Below, in pieces: positions 27,077 through 36,663 of a DNA stretch of 64,000 bases; the first letter of the stretch is position 1; every line of letters begins with the position of its first letter. The notes under the pieces are model-generated. The model searched no databases. It worked only from the letters and a program-made list of their open reading frames with translations, and was not told where the DNA came from. The stretch comes from a virus (lineage: Duplodnaviria; Caudoviricetes). The translations under genes were made by a program, and so were the position numbers. Where the stretch lies: the IMG/VR virus record IMGVR_UViG_3300025671_008697. One strand, 5' to 3'.

Positions 27077-29410
27077 ATGTTAACCGGAGATCTATTTCAA
27101 CCGCTAACAGAAAAAAAGAAAAAGCCCAAGCCCACCAAGCCAGAGAAATGGGCCTATGCTAAATCTGAAGCAAAGAAAAAGTTTGATGTATATCCCAGTG
27201 CCTACGCTAATGCATGGGCTGCTAAAAAGTACAAAGAACTGGGTGGCGGTTGGCGCATGGGCGAAGACATCGACGAAGCAGATCAACAAAGTGATGCACC
27301 CAGCAAAACCTACGGCAATCAAAAACTAGTTAACATAATGCGTAAGGCTGCTGAAGTTCCTGGCACTGGCCTATCCAATGACCAACGTATGTTTGTGGCC
27401 ATGTACGATGAACTAGAAGATGCAGTAGAAAAAATTGGTGATGTAGAAAAACAAAATCAAGAACTACGCCAACAAGTTGCCAAACAGGCACAACCTGCGG
27501 CTAAAGCAGCAGCGCCAGCAAAAGAACCTACAGCAGCACAGGTCAAAGCACAGCCCGCAGCAGAACCTGCAGTACAACAAGTTGTGCAAAATATTACACA
27601 AGTTCTACAACGTGCAGAGCAGAGTGCTGAAACACCAGAACAACAAAAAGAACTGGCTGCTGCCAAAGAAAGAATTGCAGACTTAGAAGACAAAATGAGT
27701 CAACTCAGCAATGCTGACGTAAAAGAGATTGAACGTACATTTGTTGAGATTGAAAAAGGCGGCATCAAAATGGGTGACGTCAAACGTTTGTTGCGTGTAG
27801 TAGACAAGCGTATTGACCAAAGCGCAAAAGAAAAACAAGCGGCAGAAAAACCAATTACAGTAGATCAACCAGAACCAGAAAAACCAATTACAGTAGATCA
27901 ACCTAAGCCAGGAGAAATTTCCACAAACACAATAATAGATTTTATGAAGAAAACCGATGACACACTCGATGATATTAAAGCAACTGATCAGGAACAAAAT
28001 AAAGTTATAAAAGTGGTTCCCGACAACACAGACAAATTAAATGCAATTATTGCTTCTTCCCCAACATTACGAGCAAAGTATCCAGATGTCCAACCACAAC
28101 CTATACAACCATCACCAGACAACAAAGTAGTTCAATTTCGCCCACGCACCGCACAACCTCCTGCACAACCTCCTGCACAACCTCCTGCACAACCTCCTAA
28201 ACAACGCATAGCCGTAGTTCCAAACCCAAATGATGAACTACTAACAGGAACAAACAATGAAAGTATCAATGAACAACAACAAGAAACATTTGATTTTAGA
28301 TTGCCTGCAGCAAGAGTTATTGGCGTATTAGATGATTTCTTTGCAACAAAATGGGATGGTGCTTTTAAGTATTTTGAAAAAACTTTCCATGACGAAGATA
28401 ACGAAGAAGAGGAAGATCCATGGGGAGAAGGTCTTACTCAACTGGACAATGCATTTTTAGTTCCTGCAACCATTGTTAGAAAACTTGGTACATTAACAAA
28501 CGCTTTTATTGACTTAGAAGACTATCACACCCAAATTTATAATCATCCAGAATACAATGCTATGTTTGGTCATGTTATGTTTCCTGCATTTAAAGGAAAA
28601 ATTTACAACAAACCTGTTAAAGCAAGTGAAACTAAAATGGGCTTCGATGATGATTTACAATTTTTTGAATACTATTTTAATGCACTTACAAATGCTGTTA
28701 AAACAAAAATTCATCCCTTCATGAAACAAGTAAAAGAGTTTGTCGAAACTCAATACGCTGAAAATAAAGATGACAATCATGCTATGATGCAGTATTTTGT
28801 ACGGAATGTATGGAATCCGTACATGAATGAAATTAATAAACTACATGCAGCAAGAGAAAAATTAAAGCCTGTTGTTTTTAACATGAGGCAAATCTTAAGA
28901 ACAAAACCTCAAGGTGAACTATTTGAGCGCAAGAAGAAAAAGAAAAAGTCCAAGAGCAAGAAAGCATTCGGTGGTTACTACTTCCCAGGCTATCACTACT
29001 ATGGACAGGGCACTGCCGAGATCAGCGACGGCGGTGGTGACGGTGGTGGCGAAAGCATGTTTGAAGTTGTCACAAAGAATCGTTCACCAGAAGAAACAGG
29101 TTCATTAGACAGTTACTACGGTCGTCGCAGACAGCCACACAAAGTTGTAGATGGCAAACGTGTCGAACTCACAGACCGAGAAGAAATCCAGCAATATTTG
29201 GATGCCTACGAAAACCAAACAGACCGCAAGGACTACGGTGATTTAGATGAAACACGTTTGTATTTCCGCACTGTGGCCACACTGGCAGAAAGTCTTGAAC
29301 AGGACTTTGGCATGCAACAAGACGACAAAGGTTGGTATCTAACAGCACGCAGCGGACGTCAACGTATCCTAGACGCAGAGCGTGCATTTGGTGAACCAAG
29401 GATCCTCTAA
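27077..29410 (+). CDS. Modular putative internal head polyprotein with basic peptides, coiled coil and Pro-rich repeats
   Basis: MLTGDLFQPLTE then KKKKPKP; LFE then RKKKKKKSKSKK; AQPP repeats. Confidence 0.6.
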   Translation: MLTGDLFQPLTEKKKKPKPTKPEKWAYAKSEAKKKFDVYPSAYANAWAAKKYKELGGGWRMGEDIDEADQQSDAPSKTYGNQKLVNIMRKAAEVPGTGLSNDQRMFVAMYDELEDAVEKIGDVEKQNQELRQQVAKQAQPAAKAAAPAKEPTAAQVKAQPAAEPAVQQVVQNITQVLQRAEQSAETPEQQKELAAAKERIADLEDKMSQLSNADVKEIERTFVEIEKGGIKMGDVKRLLRVVDKRIDQSAKEKQAAEKPITVDQPEPEKPITVDQPKPGEISTNTIIDFMKKTDDTLDDIKATDQEQNKVIKVVPDNTDKLNAIIASSPTLRAKYPDVQPQPIQPSPDNKVVQFRPRTAQPPAQPPAQPPAQPPKQRIAVVPNPNDELLTGTNNESINEQQQETFDFRLPAARVIGVLDDFFATKWDGAFKYFEKTFHDEDNEEEEDPWGEGLTQLDNAFLVPATIVRKLGTLTNAFIDLEDYHTQIYNHPEYNAMFGHVMFPAFKGKIYNKPVKASETKMGFDDDLQFFEYYFNALTNAVKTKIHPFMKQVKEFVETQYAENKDDNHAMMQYFVRNVWNPYMNEINKLHAAREKLKPVVFNMRQILRTKPQGELFERKKKKKKSKSKKAFGGYYFPGYHYYGQGTAEISDGGGDGGGESMFEVVTKNRSPEETGSLDSYYGRRRQPHKVVDGKRVELTDREEIQQYLDAYENQTDRKDYGDLDETRLYFRTVATLAESLEQDFGMQQDDKGWYLTARSGRQRILDAERAFGEPRIL
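27844..27903 (+). repeat. 27-bp direct repeat, two copies, 33-bp period (EKPITVDQP)
   Basis: agaaaaaccaattacagtagatcaacc at 27844 and 27877. Confidence 0.9.
28151..28198 (+). repeat. Perfect 12-bp tandem repeat x4 (AQPP)
   Basis: gcacaacctcct repeated four times. Confidence 0.95.
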
Positions 29411-30036
29411 TGCGTAGAGATCCAACAGAACTGTTCAAACCTGAAGACAGCGAACTTCGCAGAATTAAGAACAAGTACGTTCCTGAGTGGAGCATGTTGG
29501 ATTATACTGTGCTAGAATGTGCATGGGAGTTTGTAGACGCACAGACTGCGATGCGTTTTGCCTATGAAATGTACAGACTGGGCGAAGACATGGATCACAA
29601 CGCTGTGGTTAAAATAGATCATAACAGTGTTGAAGTACAGATTAGAACCGGCGACGTTGACGGATTAACTATATTAGATTTTGAATTTGCACTTAAAGCA
29701 ACTGCTGTTGCAGAACAGTTAAAGGGCGACAGACTCAGCAAAGTCAAAAACGAACTGGGCGAAGCCTATCAGGGTGGACTACGCAAGTGGTTTAAAGAAA
29801 AATGGGTCAACATTGCCAAGAAGAAAAAAGGCGGCGGCTACGAAGAATGCGGCAGCAGTGGTGACAAAAAAGGCTATGCCAAATGCGTACCAGCTGCAAA
29901 AGCTGCTGGTATGTCATCTAGTGAAAAGAAAAGTGCAGTACAACGTAAACGTAGCGCACAACGTAAAGCAGGCAGACCCGGCAAGAAAAGTGGCGCTAAA
30001 GGCAAGGCTCCAATAAGGGTAAGTACAAAGAAATGA
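29410..30036 (+). CDS. Pterin-4a-carbinolamine dehydratase-like domain fused to a basic Cys-containing module
   Basis: AMRFAYEMYRLGEDMDHNAVVKIDHNSVEVQIRTGDVDGLTILDFEFA resembles PCD; after LGE comes GGLRKWFKEKWV...KCVP. Confidence 0.5.
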   Translation: MRRDPTELFKPEDSELRRIKNKYVPEWSMLDYTVLECAWEFVDAQTAMRFAYEMYRLGEDMDHNAVVKIDHNSVEVQIRTGDVDGLTILDFEFALKATAVAEQLKGDRLSKVKNELGEAYQGGLRKWFKEKWVNIAKKKKGGGYEECGSSGDKKGYAKCVPAAKAAGMSSSEKKSAVQRKRSAQRKAGRPGKKSGAKGKAPIRVSTKK

Positions 30037-31469
30037 AAATCGTTGAACTAAAATGCTGGCCTGGCTATGAGCGTGTACCTGGAACCAAAGCAGGTGCTGT
30101 AGGTAGTTGCCGCAAAACGAGTTCTAAAAACGAAGATGCTGCTAACCCAGCCAATCTTGGCCTAACTATATTTGACATAGACGACACACTAATGCATACT
30201 ACTGCAAAGATACGTGTTGTCAAAGACGGCAAAACCGTACGTGAATTAACCAATCAGGAGTTTAATAACTACAAACTAGAACCAGGCGAACAGTTTGACT
30301 TTGGTGAGTTTCGTAGTGCAGAAAAGTTTGCCAAGGAAAGTGAACCCATACGCCCTATGATTGCTAAACTAAAAGCAATCATGAAAAACGCAGGAAACAG
30401 CAAAGTTATAATGCTGACTGCAAGAGCAGACTTTGATGACAGAGATACTTTCCTAGACACTTTCCGCAAGTACGGTATAGACATTGACAACATCCATGTG
30501 CACCGCGCAGGCAATATTCCAGGACCAGAAACTCCAGCGCTGAAAAAAGCAGTTTGGGTACGCAGATATTTAGACACTGGCATGTACAACAGAGTCAGAC
30601 TGTACGATGATTCAATGAGCAATCTGCGTGCATTCAAAGATTTAAAAGATGAATATCCTGCAGTAGACTTTAAGGCCTATTACGTAGGTCCCAGCGGCAG
30701 TAGCACTGTTGTAGAAGTAGACCTTAAAGGCAAGTTAGCAACAGGTGCTGTGGCAGGCGCACTGGCTGTGGGTCAGGGTGGCGCACTTGTTAACAAACTC
30801 ACAGACCCCGACAGTCCTCGCTATCAGGTTCCTAAAGATGCAGCCACATACCAAATGAAGGAACCACCACGTGAACTGCCCAAGTCACTGCCTGCTGCAC
30901 AGCCTAAACAACAGACTGCACCTCAGGTCCGAGCAGAACCAAAGGCAGTTAATTTGACTGGCAGTCCTTACGAAACACTGATGCGTAAAGTAGCACAAGC
31001 CAGTGGCATACAGGGCACAGAACTGGCAGCGTTTATGGCACAGATGGCGCACGAAAGTATGGACTTTACTCGCATGTACGAAAAGGGTATCAAACGTTAC
31101 TTTAATCGCTATGATCCCAGATACAATCCAGGCACTGCTAAAATATTAGGCAACACTCGTGCAGGCGATGGCTACAAGTACAGAGGCAGAGGTTTTATAC
31201 AGTTAACTGGGCGTGACAACTATACCCGTGCAGGCAGAGACCTAGGTATTGACTTAGCGAACAAACCAGACTTAGCAGCTGATCCTAAAATAGCAGCACA
31301 AATTGCAGTATGGTTTTGGAAAAACAGAGTGCAACCAAAGGTAGATGACTTCAGCAACGTAAATGATGTAACACGCAGTATCAATCCCAACATGCGTGGT
31401 CTGAAAGATCGTGCAGAAAACTTCAAACAGTATCAGGTTGCTATGGCAGACACTGGAGCAGATTCATGA
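30033..31469 (+). CDS. Modular protein: basic Cys peptide, HAD phosphatase and GH19 lysozyme-like domain
   Basis: MKIVE; KCWPGYERV; IFDIDDTL, MLTAR, LYDDS; AQMAHES, YRGRGFIQLTGRDNY. Confidence 0.75.
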   Translation: MKIVELKCWPGYERVPGTKAGAVGSCRKTSSKNEDAANPANLGLTIFDIDDTLMHTTAKIRVVKDGKTVRELTNQEFNNYKLEPGEQFDFGEFRSAEKFAKESEPIRPMIAKLKAIMKNAGNSKVIMLTARADFDDRDTFLDTFRKYGIDIDNIHVHRAGNIPGPETPALKKAVWVRRYLDTGMYNRVRLYDDSMSNLRAFKDLKDEYPAVDFKAYYVGPSGSSTVVEVDLKGKLATGAVAGALAVGQGGALVNKLTDPDSPRYQVPKDAATYQMKEPPRELPKSLPAAQPKQQTAPQVRAEPKAVNLTGSPYETLMRKVAQASGIQGTELAAFMAQMAHESMDFTRMYEKGIKRYFNRYDPRYNPGTAKILGNTRAGDGYKYRGRGFIQLTGRDNYTRAGRDLGIDLANKPDLAADPKIAAQIAVWFWKNRVQPKVDDFSNVNDVTRSINPNMRGLKDRAENFKQYQVAMADTGADS

Positions 31470-31945
31470 GATTATTTCAGTTTGAAGCAGAACTGCCACC
31501 AGAAGCAATTGAAAAACTTCAACAGTATAAACAGCAACGTCAGCCAACTTATGCAGAACTTAGACGTAAGGCTCTGCAGGTTGAAGAGTTAGCAGGCATG
31601 GCCAAAAAGATTGAAGACCTGCGTGCCAGAGTAGAACGTGTATACGGTGATTTACCTCCAGGCATGCAGGCAGATTTGGAACTAGCAGATTTATATCCTG
31701 TGCCAGAAACAGATCAGGACTATGTTGATCTGAAACAAAGATTTGTAAAAGACATAGCACTACTACAAAATTATGTACAGAGCAAACGCAGTCTCTACAA
31801 AAGAGAAAGCGTGAACTACAATGGCGCTTTTTGGTTATCACAGGTACAGGGCAGCGATAGTCCTGTTAGCCCAGTTGGTGCAGTTCCAAAAGCACAACGC
31901 ATAAATACTAAAAAGGCGCCAATTAATGTTAAGAAATCTGATTAG
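31466..31945 (+). CDS. Putative head-targeted hypothetical protein
   Basis: MRLFQFE N-terminus; helical. Confidence 0.55.
   Translation: MRLFQFEAELPPEAIEKLQQYKQQRQPTYAELRRKALQVEELAGMAKKIEDLRARVERVYGDLPPGMQADLELADLYPVPETDQDYVDLKQRFVKDIALLQNYVQSKRSLYKRESVNYNGAFWLSQVQGSDSPVSPVGAVPKAQRINTKKAPINVKKSD
31902..31907 (+). promoter_or_regulatory. TAAATA late-type promoter inside the end of the upstream CDS
   Basis: 18 nt before ATG 31926, with AAGG SD between. Confidence 0.45.
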
Positions 31946-32357
31946 ACTGGTAGAAGCAGCAGAGCGTAACTGCCCTGTGGCAACCTACGACATTGACGTC
32001 AACCTTAAAAATCGACAGACAGCAATTGACAGTTATCATTACGGTCCTGCTAATCCAGCAGCGCCAGGAAAATATTGGAAAGATAGTGCCAAGCAGTGGA
32101 AGATAGACGAAAAAACTGCAAAGACAATGCTGTGTGCTAACTGTGGTGCATTTGATGTCAGCGACAGTATGCGTGACTGCATTGCCAATGGTATTAAGGG
32201 TGACGAAAAGGCTGTAGATGCAAACGCCAGTATTAACTTAGCAGACTTAGGATACTGTAACTTCTTGCATTTTAAATGCGCCGGGGATAGAAGTTGCACT
32301 GCTTGGATAGCAAATGGCCCCATAACAGAAAAAGACAAAGGCAAGAAGGCAGACTAG
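31926..32357 (+). CDS. Putative head-targeted Cys-containing protein
   Basis: MLRNLIRLVE N-terminus; CANCGAF and GYCNFLHFKCAGDRSC suggest metal binding. Confidence 0.6.
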   Translation: MLRNLIRLVEAAERNCPVATYDIDVNLKNRQTAIDSYHYGPANPAAPGKYWKDSAKQWKIDEKTAKTMLCANCGAFDVSDSMRDCIANGIKGDEKAVDANASINLADLGYCNFLHFKCAGDRSCTAWIANGPITEKDKGKKAD

Positions 32358-32358
32358 C

Positions 32359-32793
32359 ATGGAAGATTTAATCAAAGCAATGAAAATTGCATTTAGCACA
32401 GAGTTTAGTTTTTATTTAAAAGCACACAATTTTCATTGGAACGTAGAAGGTCCAGATTTTCAAGAGTATCACAAACTGTTTGAAACTATTTACGAAGAAG
32501 TCTACGAAAGCATTGATCCATTTGCTGAAAACATTCGCAAACTGGGCAGTTACACTCCTGGTAGTTACACACGCCTTAGTATGCTAACACAGATCGACGA
32601 CGAAACTGGCGTACCACCAGTAATGGGTATGGTAGAAGAACTGTTAAGTGACAGTGATAAGTCCGTCAAAGTATTCAAGATGGTTTACGACCTAGCAGAA
32701 CGTGAAGGTGAACACGGTTTGAGTAACTTCCTTGCTGAACGTATGGATGCACATCGTAAACACAGTTGGATGTTAAGAGCAAGTCTCAAGTAA
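32359..32793 (+). CDS. dps: Dps/ferritin-like DNA protection protein
   Basis: KAHNFHWNVEGPDFQEYHKLFETIYEE ferroxidase signature; HRKHSWML. Confidence 0.9.
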   Translation: MEDLIKAMKIAFSTEFSFYLKAHNFHWNVEGPDFQEYHKLFETIYEEVYESIDPFAENIRKLGSYTPGSYTRLSMLTQIDDETGVPPVMGMVEELLSDSDKSVKVFKMVYDLAEREGEHGLSNFLAERMDAHRKHSWMLRASLK

Positions 32794-32795
32794 GA

Positions 32796-33377
32796 ATGCA
32801 AACAAAAGACTTTTATGAAGCCAGTCCCAGTACACTAGGCGGGAGTTTTACACCTGACTTAGTAACAAGCAAATTATGGCTAGCACGTAAGGTGCGTGCT
32901 TTAATGACTAAAACTCGTGTCGAAAAATACAAAACAGTATATGTACTGGGCAGTTGGTTTGGTAATATGGCTATATTTTTGCAGCAAAAAGGTGTTGAAT
33001 TTGATCGAATAGTGTTAGTAGACATTAACAAAGATTGGATGCAAATTAGCAAAGAACTATTAGAACCAATTACAGACAAACTAGATACCATAATTCAGGA
33101 CGCAAACAAAATTACCTATTCTGACCAGCAGCCAATATTAGTAATTAATACCAGTTGTAATGAAATGGCAAATGAGGGTTGGTTAGACCGTATTCCTGCG
33201 GGATCAACGGTTGCTCTGCAGGCTAGAAATAATGTACAATCAGTGGACGTAGTAACAGACACCGTAGAAGAATTTAATAATCAATTTCCGTTGAGTGATG
33301 TGTTTTACTTGGGCGAGCGTAAACTACGAGATCCGGAAGTTAGTTATCAAAGGTTTATGAAAATAGGAATCAAATAA
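32796..33377 (+). CDS. SAM-dependent methyltransferase-like protein
   Basis: VYVLGSWFG motif I variant, [15 protein letters not shown]; start moved to ATG 32796 (MQTKDFYE). Confidence 0.6.
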   Translation: MQTKDFYEASPSTLGGSFTPDLVTSKLWLARKVRALMTKTRVEKYKTVYVLGSWFGNMAIFLQQKGVEFDRIVLVDINKDWMQISKELLEPITDKLDTIIQDANKITYSDQQPILVINTSCNEMANEGWLDRIPAGSTVALQARNNVQSVDVVTDTVEEFNNQFPLSDVFYLGERKLRDPEVSYQRFMKIGIK

Positions 33378-34585
33378 TGAAAAAACGCAATTACTCACAG
33401 GAAACTGTAGACAAACTCAGAGGCAGTGTACACATTGACCATACCCTGGCTAGACTGGGTGCAAATAAACTACGCCACTTGTTAGCCACAGAACCATATA
33501 TTAACACACTAGGTGCTTACAATGGGCAACAGGCAGTACAACATGCCAAGGCAGGACTTAAAGCAATTTACCTGTCAGGCTGGCAAGTAGCGGCAGCAAA
33601 TAATACTGCACTGCAAACTTATCCGGATCAAAGTCTATATCCAGTAAACTCAGTGCCCAATGTGGTAAAAGGTATCAACAATGCTTTCCGTCGTGCGGAT
33701 CAAATTGAACACGTAGAAGGCAACGTGACCACAGACTACTTCCTGCCCATTGTAGCAGATGCAGAAGCAGGGTTTGGCGGTGCACTTAATGTCTATGAAC
33801 TTATGATGGCCATGATTGAAGCAGGCGCTGCCGGCGTACACTTTGAAGACCAACTAAGTTCAGAAAAGAAATGCGGACATTTAGGTGGCAAAGTACTAAT
33901 TCCCACAGGACAGGCAATTCGTAATCTTAATGCTGCACGGCTGGCAGCAGACGTAGCAGGTGTTAGCACAGTTATTATGGCACGCACAGATGCAGAAGCT
34001 GCGACACTGATTACCAGCAATCACGACCCACTAGACAAGGATTTTATTATTGATGAGCGCACTGAAGAAGGTTTTTACAAATTTAAAAATGGTATCGATG
34101 CTTGTATTAGCAGAGGTCTTGCTTATGCCCCTTACGCTGATCTCTTATGGTTCGAAACTAGCACACCTGACGTGGCACAGGCTAAGAAATTTGCCGATGC
34201 CATACATGCCGAGTATCCTGACCAGTTGCTTGCTTATAACTGTAGCCCTAGTTTCAATTGGCGTAAGTTCCTAAGCGAAGACGAATGCGAAACTTTCCAA
34301 CGTGAAATTGCTGAACTAGGATTCAAGTTTCAGTTTATTACACTGGCAGGATTCCACAGTGTTAACCTTGCTACATTTGAACTTGCTGAAGCATATAAAC
34401 AACGTGGGATGGCAGGCTATGCAGAAATGCAACAACGTGAGTTTGCGGCAGTAGACAGAGGCTTTACCACTGTAAAACATCAACGCGAAGTTGGCGTTAG
34501 TTATTTTGACGTTATCAGTGAAGCAGTTGGTGCTACCAGTACCGTTGCTAACAAATCTTCAACAGAAGCAGATCAATTTCATTAA
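33377..34585 (+). CDS. aceA: Isocitrate lyase (short type)
   Basis: [25 protein letters not shown], catalytic [27 protein letters not shown]. Confidence 0.95.
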   Translation: MKKRNYSQETVDKLRGSVHIDHTLARLGANKLRHLLATEPYINTLGAYNGQQAVQHAKAGLKAIYLSGWQVAAANNTALQTYPDQSLYPVNSVPNVVKGINNAFRRADQIEHVEGNVTTDYFLPIVADAEAGFGGALNVYELMMAMIEAGAAGVHFEDQLSSEKKCGHLGGKVLIPTGQAIRNLNAARLAADVAGVSTVIMARTDAEAATLITSNHDPLDKDFIIDERTEEGFYKFKNGIDACISRGLAYAPYADLLWFETSTPDVAQAKKFADAIHAEYPDQLLAYNCSPSFNWRKFLSEDECETFQREIAELGFKFQFITLAGFHSVNLATFELAEAYKQRGMAGYAEMQQREFAAVDRGFTTVKHQREVGVSYFDVISEAVGATSTVANKSSTEADQFH

Positions 34586-34588
34586 GTA
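34583..34588 (+). promoter_or_regulatory. TAAGTA late-type promoter variant
   Basis: Overlaps the aceA stop, 6 nt before the boxB ATG, no SD. Confidence 0.5.
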
Positions 34589-34594
34589 TTTACA

Positions 34595-36010
34595 ATGACA
34601 ATAAATTACTCAGAGCGTATACCTAACAATGTTAATTTAAGTGAAGACAGAGCACTACAACGTGCTCTTGAAGGATGGCAACCAAACTTTTTAAACTGGT
34701 GGCAGGACATGGGACCAGAAGGCAGTACCAACTATGACGTATATCTGCGTACTGCTGTCAGTGTAGATGCACAGGGATGGGCACAATTTGACCATGTTAA
34801 GATGCCAGACTATCGTTGGGGTATTTTCCTAAACCCTGCTAAAGAAGGTCGCAAGATTCATTTTGGTGATCATAAAGGTGAAGCGGCCTGGGACAGTGTG
34901 CCAGGTGAATACCGTGCAAACCTAAGACGTATTATTGTGACACAGGGCGACACAGAACCTGCGTCAGTGGAGCAACAACGGCACTTGGGTTTGACTGCTC
35001 CCAGTTTGTATGACCTACGTAACTTATTTCAGATCAACGTAGAAGAAGGCCGTCACCTGTGGGCCATGGTATATTTGTTACACAAATACTTTGGGCGTGA
35101 TGGTAGAGAAGAAGCAGAAGACTTACTGGCACGTAACAGTGGTAGCGCAGACAATCCACGTATCTTGGAAGCATTTAACGAAAAGACTCCAGACTGGCTC
35201 AGTTTCTTTATGTTTACTTACTTTACAGACAGGGACGGCAAGTTTCAGTTAAAAGCATTGAGTGAAAGTGCATTTGATCCCTTAGCACGTACTACACAAT
35301 TCATGCTTACAGAAGAAGCACATCATATGTTTGTAGGCGAGAGCGGCGTAGCAAGGATCCTACAACGCACTGCACAAGTTATGAAAGAACTTGGCACAGA
35401 TGATCCGCAACGTTTACGTAGTGCTGGTGTAATTGATTTGCCAACAATCCAACGTTACTTAAACTTCCACTTCAGTAAGACTGTGGACTTATTTGGTGCA
35501 GACGAAAGCAGTAATGCTGCTACATTCTACTCAACAGGACTAAAAGGACGTTATGATGAAGAAAAGCACGATGACGACCATGTACTAAAAGACAGTGAGT
35601 ACAGCGTTTTAAGTGCAGACTTAACAGAGCGCAGTGTACCCATGCTGAATGCACTTAATGAAGTGCTACGTGATGACTACATCAAAGACAGTGCCAGTGG
35701 CGTTGGACGTTGGAATCGTATTTTAAACAAGGCAGGCATCGACTTTGAACTTACAGTTCCACATAAAGCATTTAATCGTAACATCGGACCACTAGCAGGC
35801 TTAACAATTAGTCCCGAAGGGCGTGTTGTATCACAGGAACAATGGCAGCAAAGTCAGAGCCAGTGGTTACCCACACCAGAAGATCGTGCATTTGTACAAA
35901 GTCTAATGGGCCGTGTTACTGAACAAGGACAGTATGCCAACTACATTGCACCACCTTCTGTGGGTATCAACAAACAACCAATGGATTTTGATTACGTAAG
36001 GTTTAATTAA
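34595..36010 (+). CDS. boxB: Benzoyl-CoA 2,3-epoxidase oxygenase subunit BoxB
   Basis: IPNNVNLSEDRALQRALE, YLRTAVSVD, KMPDYRWGIF; di-iron ligand motifs GDTEPAS, EEGRH, FTDRDG, TEEAHH; full length 471 aa. Confidence 0.9.
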   Translation: MTINYSERIPNNVNLSEDRALQRALEGWQPNFLNWWQDMGPEGSTNYDVYLRTAVSVDAQGWAQFDHVKMPDYRWGIFLNPAKEGRKIHFGDHKGEAAWDSVPGEYRANLRRIIVTQGDTEPASVEQQRHLGLTAPSLYDLRNLFQINVEEGRHLWAMVYLLHKYFGRDGREEAEDLLARNSGSADNPRILEAFNEKTPDWLSFFMFTYFTDRDGKFQLKALSESAFDPLARTTQFMLTEEAHHMFVGESGVARILQRTAQVMKELGTDDPQRLRSAGVIDLPTIQRYLNFHFSKTVDLFGADESSNAATFYSTGLKGRYDEEKHDDDHVLKDSEYSVLSADLTERSVPMLNALNEVLRDDYIKDSASGVGRWNRILNKAGIDFELTVPHKAFNRNIGPLAGLTISPEGRVVSQEQWQQSQSQWLPTPEDRAFVQSLMGRVTEQGQYANYIAPPSVGINKQPMDFDYVRFN

Positions 36011-36660
36011 TGTTAGAAACAATCTGTGATACAATGAATCATGCATATCAGCGCGGCTGGATTACCAGTCGTGACGGTAATGTCAGCATTAGGCATCACG
36101 ACAGAGATCATTTTTACATTACACCCAGTGGAGTACGCAAGCAAACACTACAGCCTGATCAATTTAAAAAAATTGAAATACTTAAACAACCAGTAGAAAA
36201 CAGGCCATTACCTTTTGAATACAATTGGCGTGAATTAGAGTATACTGACATCAGCCGTAACTTACGGCCAAGCGGAGAAATTCCTTTACACTTTGGTTTG
36301 CAGCGTGAAATACACAGCGACGAAGTAAGAGTGGTCATGCACTTTCATCCCACTTACACCGTGGCTGCTATGCATGCCGGAATTGAACTACAAGATTTGG
36401 TCAAAGACTTTCCTGAACTAAGTAGATATACATCGGTTGCTCCTAATGTACCGGATGTGCCGCCGATCAGTCAACAGTTGGCAGACTATACAATTGATAG
36501 ACTTGATGTTTGTCCAATAACTGGTTTGGTAAAGTATGATATTATTGGTATTAAAGGACACGGCGTAGTAGCAGTAGATACTACGCCCTGGAGATGTTTT
36601 GAACACATTGAACGTTTAGAACATATCTGTCAAATAGTTTTAGCAAGTGGACGACATTAA
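36010..36660 (+). CDS. Class II aldolase/adducin-family protein
   Basis: DGNVS, YITPSGV, MHFHPTY, GHGVV. Confidence 0.85.
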   Translation: MLETICDTMNHAYQRGWITSRDGNVSIRHHDRDHFYITPSGVRKQTLQPDQFKKIEILKQPVENRPLPFEYNWRELEYTDISRNLRPSGEIPLHFGLQREIHSDEVRVVMHFHPTYTVAAMHAGIELQDLVKDFPELSRYTSVAPNVPDVPPISQQLADYTIDRLDVCPITGLVKYDIIGIKGHGVVAVDTTPWRCFEHIERLEHICQIVLASGRH

Positions 36661-36663
36661 AGT

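Noticed and set aside
27844-28198. Repeats as CRISPR or DGR template/variable repeats
   Set aside because: They are in-frame coding tandem repeats without spacers or adenine-specific mismatches, and no reverse transcriptase is present.
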